From Octopus sinensis (lineage: Eukaryota), in the NCBI RefSeq assembly GCF_006345805.1, contig NC_043017.1, positions 4,464,001 to 4,528,000 on the forward strand: a stretch of DNA of 64,000 nucleotides, in the 5' to 3' direction. A program made the position numbers and the translations under genes. Numbering within the stretch: position 1 is the first letter of the stretch; each line of letters begins with the position of its first letter. Shown here in pieces: positions 57,891 to 64,000 of this stretch. The notes under the pieces are model-generated. The model did not search any database. It was given only the letters and a program-made list of their open reading frames with translations, and was not told where the DNA came from.

Positions 57891-59606
57891 GACGGTTTCG
57901 TGACAATATTTCTAACCAGAATATATTGTCTTTTTGTTTTTAAAATAACCAGATAAACAAGATATGAACTCTTTTGTTTCCATATTTTTAACAAGAATAT
58001 TTTCTAAATTTGTGTCTCAATTTACTAATGAAATAAAACACCCTATAAAAAAAAACAAATGTTAAAATTTTATATTATCTTTCTGTCAAAAATTTGAATT
58101 GAAATTTCAGTGTATAAATATAGGTAGTTTCAGGTGTATTAAAGGAAAAGTATATCGATAGGAATCTAATTTTTGCATCGTGGAAGGTGTTTATAAGCCA
58201 TTTAAGAAACACACAAAAACCGTTAGATTCACTTCAACGTTTAAATTTAATTTGTCAAAATATTTTCGTCGCTTTGAGACCGCGACCCGTTCACTGACAA
58301 AACTTCATGCTGCATCTGAGATATATATAGTTCATGATATATATATATATATATATATATGTTCGTGTGTGTGTGTGTACATGTATGTGCGCATGCATGT
58401 GTGCTCCAGCACACGATCTCAGATCAAGTCACTCGCTATGCAAGTACATCTCCGTAAATCTAATTTGTTTTTTTTTTTTGCAAAACTAACAGAATTGTCA
58501 TTGAAACTTGCGCACACTTCTCAAGTTATTTCCCTTCATAAACATCTTTTGCGTAAAGTGCCAAATAGAGATGCAAAAGGTATCAATACGCATCATTGAA
58601 ATATGATTTAGAATTTCCCGCTCCATTCAAAGTTGAAAGAATTCAGACTTCGTTAAAAACTAAACTTATTCCGCAGAAGACGATGATATATGCACCATAA
58701 CAGGTAAGATAAAATGGACATCGAACACTCATTTTACATAATCATGAACTTGTTTATACTTTATAACACCAAAGCAAACTTTATCGCCTTTTCTTCACTC
58801 TACCTGGAATTTCGTGTCCCCTCCCTCACATCTCGTGTTACAAGGTTGTAATTATACTAAGGCACCATTAGTCTCAAAATCCATCTAAATTTAACGTAAT
58901 TCTATTTCTAAAAGTCCATTTTACTATTTGTATTGGTTTAAATTTCCCACAAATCAGTTAAAAGCACAAGGAATTCCACGTGTTATTGGAAAAAGGCGAT
59001 AAACAAAATCTTCCTATTTGTTGTTGCTTTTGAGCAGATCTCTGATCCAAGACATTCTAGCACCGCCTTCAGAAGTTTTTAGAGCAACATTATTCAACGT
59101 ATCTTTACCTTAAATGATATGAGGGAAATATAGTTGCTATTTTTAATTTTTATTTAGCAGCTCAAGCGACCGGGCTCCCTGATTTTTATCATTTGATGGA
59201 AACGTATATGTGTTTTTACTATTTACATTTATAAATGAAGTGAAATCTATTTCTACTGATAGTCTTAGGTTAATCATCCCGTTCCGCTTTGCGTTTGACA
59301 ATTTCGGCTTTTTAAATGTTCTTTCGCCTTATGCACATTTATAAAAGCTACAGAGACTTTACGGTCGTTCGGCCTGCTAGATAAAGTAACCAAATCCCAT
59401 AACAACTTGCAAGGATCAAGTTTACACCGTTCCCTATAATTTAGCTTTAACTTTTTGCTTCAGCCTTCATGGCAAAAATGAAAATAAATCAAGGAAATAA
59501 CTTGTAAAAGGTATTCCGTACTTCGCGGTCCGAAACGACGTTTCGATCCATTTTGGAATTTACACATGCGCTGAAATATACTTTCAACACAAATTGATGC
59601 TCTCAG

Positions 59607-59992
59607 ATACTCTTTTACTTGTTTCAGTCATTTGACTGCGGCCATGCTGGAGCATCGCCTTTAGTCGAGCAAATCGACCCCAGGGCTTATTCTTTGTAAG
59701 CCTAGTACTTATTCTATCGGTCTCTTTGCCGAACCGCTAAGTGACGGGGACGTAAACACACCAGCATCGGTTGTCAAGCGATGTTGGGGGTGGAGGACAA
59801 ACACAGACACACACACACACATATATACGACGGGCTTCTTTCAGTTTCCGTGCACCAAATCCATTCACAAGGCTTTGGTCAGCCTGAGGCTATAGTAGAA
59901 GACACTTGCCCAAGGTGCCACGCAGTGGGACTGAACCCAGAACCATGTGGTTGGTAAGCAAGCTACTTACCACACAGCCACTCCTGCACCTA
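59607..59992 (-). mobile_element. tRNA-derived SINE family A
   Basis: Reverse complement of 4118-4510. Confidence 0.85.
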
Positions 59993-61060
59993 TAAAATAA
60001 TAAAATCTAGAAGTATTCTTTCAACATGATATAATTCAAAATAAATACCATTTAACATTTGATTTTTTGTTTTTATTGCAACCCTATTTAAGAAAACGTG
60101 TAATCAAAAGTCTTCCTGTCATGACATACTCGTCTTTAAATTAAAATTTCAGCATAACGTGTGAAACGGGTAAAGTTTCGGAATAAGCAACGTTTCCACA
60201 TAGCTTAATTTTATTTCCAGCTGGCTATCGATGCAGTATCTGTGTCCTTATATTTTTGAACAAGGGAGTTTGGTGTCCCCACTCAGCTTAAGCTAAACAC
60301 CCTTGTTCGAAAATATAAGGACACAGATTGTGCGTCAGTTTGAACATAAAACTGGTAGAAATATTTTGGGGCCAAATATGACCAGTTTAAATGCCCGTGA
60401 GTTAAATCCTAGAGATGTGGGGACTCCAAGTAAGTCAACTTCACACAAGGTTGCATTCTGTAATTTTAATAACAAACTAGAAGTAAATTTTAACAATAAA
60501 GAAGTGGATCTGAACATGAATGTTGTCTTAATGCAGGGATTTACATCAAGAATCTTGCAAACCAAATACAAAAATGAAGAAAGCTTAAAATATTCCTGTA
60601 ATTTGTAATATCTAGAGTTAACAATTATGGAATTTATAAAAATTTCTTCTGTTGAATTGCTGCTTTGTAAGTATAAAGTATTCTTAATCTCTTATTCTAT
60701 TCTTCTATTTCAGAATAATGGATGATATTGACAAGAAAGAATTTTTACTTCAGCTGCATCAGAACTATTTACCAGTGTTTAAAGACTAAAGGAAGATGTT
60801 ATACACAGAATGGTAGAATTATTGCGAAATATTTCCATTAAGTTGGGATTAATAGCAACATTTCTCCACGTCGCTTGCTAAGATATTTACAAGACAGTTT
60901 TGCAATTTAACTAAACTTAAAATTGCAGATGAGTTTGCACTCTTTTCGGATATCACAAACGGAACATCTGATGGGAGTGTAGCAGAAGAGAGATTTGTCG
61001 AGAAGACAACGTACATCAAAGAGAAGAGAATATTTCTCGTGTTGTAAGTTGAAAAGAATT

Positions 61061-62152
61061 ATGGAAAATCAATTATCTGAAAAGAAAGTAAATTGTAAAA
61101 GACAGTATAAAACGATGAACTTTTCCAATAAGATAGGGAAAACTTTGTACCACTGTGACATCTGTAAGAAGTCATTCAATCAAAAAAGTAACCTCACTAC
61201 TCACAGGCAAATTCATTCAGGATTCAAGCCATATTATTGTGATATATGTGGTAAATCTTTCACTCAAAAAAGTTGCTTTTCTCGACACAGGGATATTCAT
61301 ATAGGAAAGAAGCCATATGAATGTGATATTTGTGGTATATCATTCACTCAAAAGGGTAACCTAACTACTCACAAGCGTATTCATACAGGAGAGAAACCAT
61401 ATCATTGTGGTATCTGTGGTAAATCATTTTCTCAAAGTAATGACTTGACTACTCACAAACGAATTCACACGGGAGAGAAGCCATATCACTGTGGTATTTG
61501 TGGTAAATCATTTTCCGAAACAACTCACTTAACTACTCACAAACGTATTCACACAGGAGAGAGACCTTATTACTGTGATATATGTGGTATATTATTCACT
61601 CAGAAAGGTAATCTAATTATTCACAAACGTATTCATACAGGAGAAAAACCATATGACTGTGATATTTGTGGAAAATCGTTCTCCGTAAGTAGCAGCTTAA
61701 CTACACACAAGCGCATTCATACAGGAGAGAAACCATTCCACTGTGATATCTGTGGCAAATCTTTCTCTGAAACTGGTAACTTTTCTAAACACAAACGTAT
61801 TCATACAGGTGAACAACCATATCACTGTGATGTCTGTGGTAAATCATTCTCTGTAAGTAGTACTTTAACTACTCACAAGCGTGTTCATACTGGAGAAAAA
61901 CCATATCACTGTGATATCTGTGGCAAATCATTTTCTCAGAGCAGTTCATTAACTATTCACAAGCGTGTTCATACAGGAGAGAAACCATATGACTGTGATA
62001 TCTGTGGCAAATCATTCTCTGATGGAAGCGTCTTAAATAAACACAGGTACATTCACAGTTCAGAAAAACCATATCATTGTAGTATCTGTGGTAAATCCTT
62101 TTCTAAAACAAGTTACTTAACTAAACACAAACATATTCATACAAGAGAGTAA
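61061..62152 (+). CDS. C2H2 zinc-finger protein, 12 fingers (ZNF gene 5)
   Basis: ATG at 61061 (MENQLSE, homologous to the gene 2 start; track ORF begins at TTG 60995); 12 canonical fingers; probable acceptor at 60712-60713. Confidence 0.94.
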   Translation: MENQLSEKKVNCKRQYKTMNFSNKIGKTLYHCDICKKSFNQKSNLTTHRQIHSGFKPYYCDICGKSFTQKSCFSRHRDIHIGKKPYECDICGISFTQKGNLTTHKRIHTGEKPYHCGICGKSFSQSNDLTTHKRIHTGEKPYHCGICGKSFSETTHLTTHKRIHTGERPYYCDICGILFTQKGNLIIHKRIHTGEKPYDCDICGKSFSVSSSLTTHKRIHTGEKPFHCDICGKSFSETGNFSKHKRIHTGEQPYHCDVCGKSFSVSSTLTTHKRVHTGEKPYHCDICGKSFSQSSSLTIHKRVHTGEKPYDCDICGKSFSDGSVLNKHRYIHSSEKPYHCSICGKSFSKTSYLTKHKHIHTRE

Positions 62153-64000
62153 CTCTATTGCTGTGATAAATCTTTCTGTGAAAGAATAGAAACCAGATGA
62201 GCGTGATGTCTGTGATAGTTCATTTTATCAAAGAAGCATTTAACTAGATCAGGAGTCGGGGAACTTTTTTAACCAATTACCCCAAAACATAATTATGCCA
62301 ACGTTACCCCTTTGATTTGAAAAGAAGAAAATCATAGATTCTTTAAATTTAAAAGGTTTATGGAATCTATTTACATGGAGAATAAAATTATAAACATAAA
62401 AAGTATAAAACAAATGTGATAAAATATCCTGATTTTGAAACAAAAGGATTTTTCTAGAAACTTTTTCGCTTGAGGTTATGGAGAAATGATGTTGACAACG
62501 CCTTAGCAACCAAATTGTTTGTAATTCAAAATGGCTTGATGTCTCTTAAATACTTGCATTACATTGGACAGATGCAGTGTTGCCAGAAAAAAAATTTCTG
62601 TCATATCAAGGAACACATTTTTTTTATAGAACTTTATTTATGTCTAATGAATCCTCACCCCCAAGAATTTCATTTTTACCGACCCCTGAACTATATTCAC
62701 CCTTGACAAAAAGACGAAAAAGAAAAAGCATGTAATATATGTATTATATCATTCTTTCAAAAAATCTCATTTAACCATTCATAATTTGTTGATATTGCAG
62801 AGAAGCTGTATCTCTCAATCTTCATTCTGTGACAATAATTACTTATAATAGCATTTATAGGAAGCTATGCTTTATATAACCACTACAACCGTGGCTGTGT
62901 GAATATGAATTTTGCTTTGAAGCACATGGATTCAGGTTCTATCTCATTGTGTGGCACCATGGGCAAGTGTCTTCTATTGCAGCCTTGGGACGACCAATGC
63001 CCCTTGTGAATGTAATTGGTAGATTGAAGCTGGTTTGTTTGTGTGTGTTTGCACATGCACATATGAACGTTTACATTCAGTGTGTCTTTTCTTGAGACAA
63101 TTTGAGAGAAATCTGGTTTGTCATGTTTGGCTCTTCCTTATACAAGACATTGTGTAACTCTGTCTTTGAGGACAAGTTGGAATAAAATAACAAAAAAAAA
63201 ATTTCTTTCTTAAAGTACAGGTAAGGCTTCGCAACTATCCCAATAAATCTCCATCCAAAAGCCAGGATATCCTGGAAAAGCAGGTGCAAAAATAAACTAT
63301 TACATTTTTAATAAAAGCATTCTTTAAGAACATCTGTATTTATTCTATATAACATATTTCCAGAAGAGAGGAAAGATACAATTGATTTGACATCATGGGT
63401 GAATAGCTAGAGAAAGGTATTCTCATAATTGACCATAGATTTTGGGTGAACACAAACCACATAAACATTTCATTATAATTCAAATGAATATATGTAAGAT
63501 CTCTTGATATTCTGAATTTTATGTATCAATGAGTGTAAGGAATGGAAAAGGTAAATAAAGGCTACAGTTGTTTCAAAATTAAATTTAATATGCCTTGCAT
63601 AACTCTGCTTTTTCTTGTCTATGCAAGCTGTGTACAAGCATGATGTTAACTAACTTCCTATATCAGGATTTTTTTGGGTTGCACTGCTCTATAACTGTTT
63701 TGTTCGTGCGCTTGTGAATGCTAACGGTATAGAAGTCTTCAGAATGGAAAAATTAAGGTTGAATTTGTTGCTCATGGATATCTCATTACCAGGTAAAAAA
63801 AGGTGTAAATGAATTTGCTAATACGCATTACAAATGAACTAATTAGCCAAATGAGGTGCAAAGCTTCTTAAAAAATCCACAAGTGAGAAACTTGTGTTTG
63901 AGGTTGAGTTAATATCAAAAAATCCCAGTAGGGCAAATAGTGTGTGGAAATTATGTGGGTGCACAGAAAATCACTTCAGGACCAGATTTTTGTATAATAT

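Noticed and set aside
59535-59600. cgaaacgacgtttcg palindrome with GAAACGUC on the minus strand
   Set aside because: No catalytic CUGANGA at a suitable distance.
60995-61060. TTG-initiated N-terminal extension of ZNF gene 5 (and GTG start of gene 1)
   Set aside because: Paralog alignment places the homologous start at the MEN ATG; the extensions are not conserved.

Overview
AT-rich, repeat-dense animal genomic DNA, most likely an octopus or other coleoid cephalopod. That assignment is an inference from the KRAB-less tandem C2H2 gene cluster, the tRNA-derived SINE families and the long (TA)n tracts. The first 6.1 kb hold the last three coding exons of a Vav-family gene (+; end of SH2 plus C-terminal SH3). 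From 20 to 62 kb lies a cluster of five intact single-coding-exon C2H2 zinc-finger genes (+,+,-,-,+; 8, 13, 9, 12 plus 2 degenerate, and 12 fingers) and one ZNF pseudogene, with shared 5'-UTR exon structure. The rest is SINEs, LINE fragments (RTE, CR1-group), mariner remnants, MITEs and satellites. The most notable result is a set of minimal type-I hammerhead ribozyme motifs folded by hand at 1886-1954(-), 35978-36061(+), 36346-36435(-) and 37690-37779(+), plus half or decayed copies. Each has a palindromic or near-palindromic stem III and sits in a Penelope-like element end that runs into a (TA)n tract. Two of them lie in the arms of a near-perfect 1.56-kb palindrome (36284-37841) between convergent ZNF genes. 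A second theme is that three of the five ZNF genes have independently broken the shared MENE start frame, turning it into an upstream ORF. All folds, alignments and boundaries were done by eye; repeat boundaries are approximate and repeat family names are provisional. No CRISPR, rRNA or genuine tRNA genes were seen.
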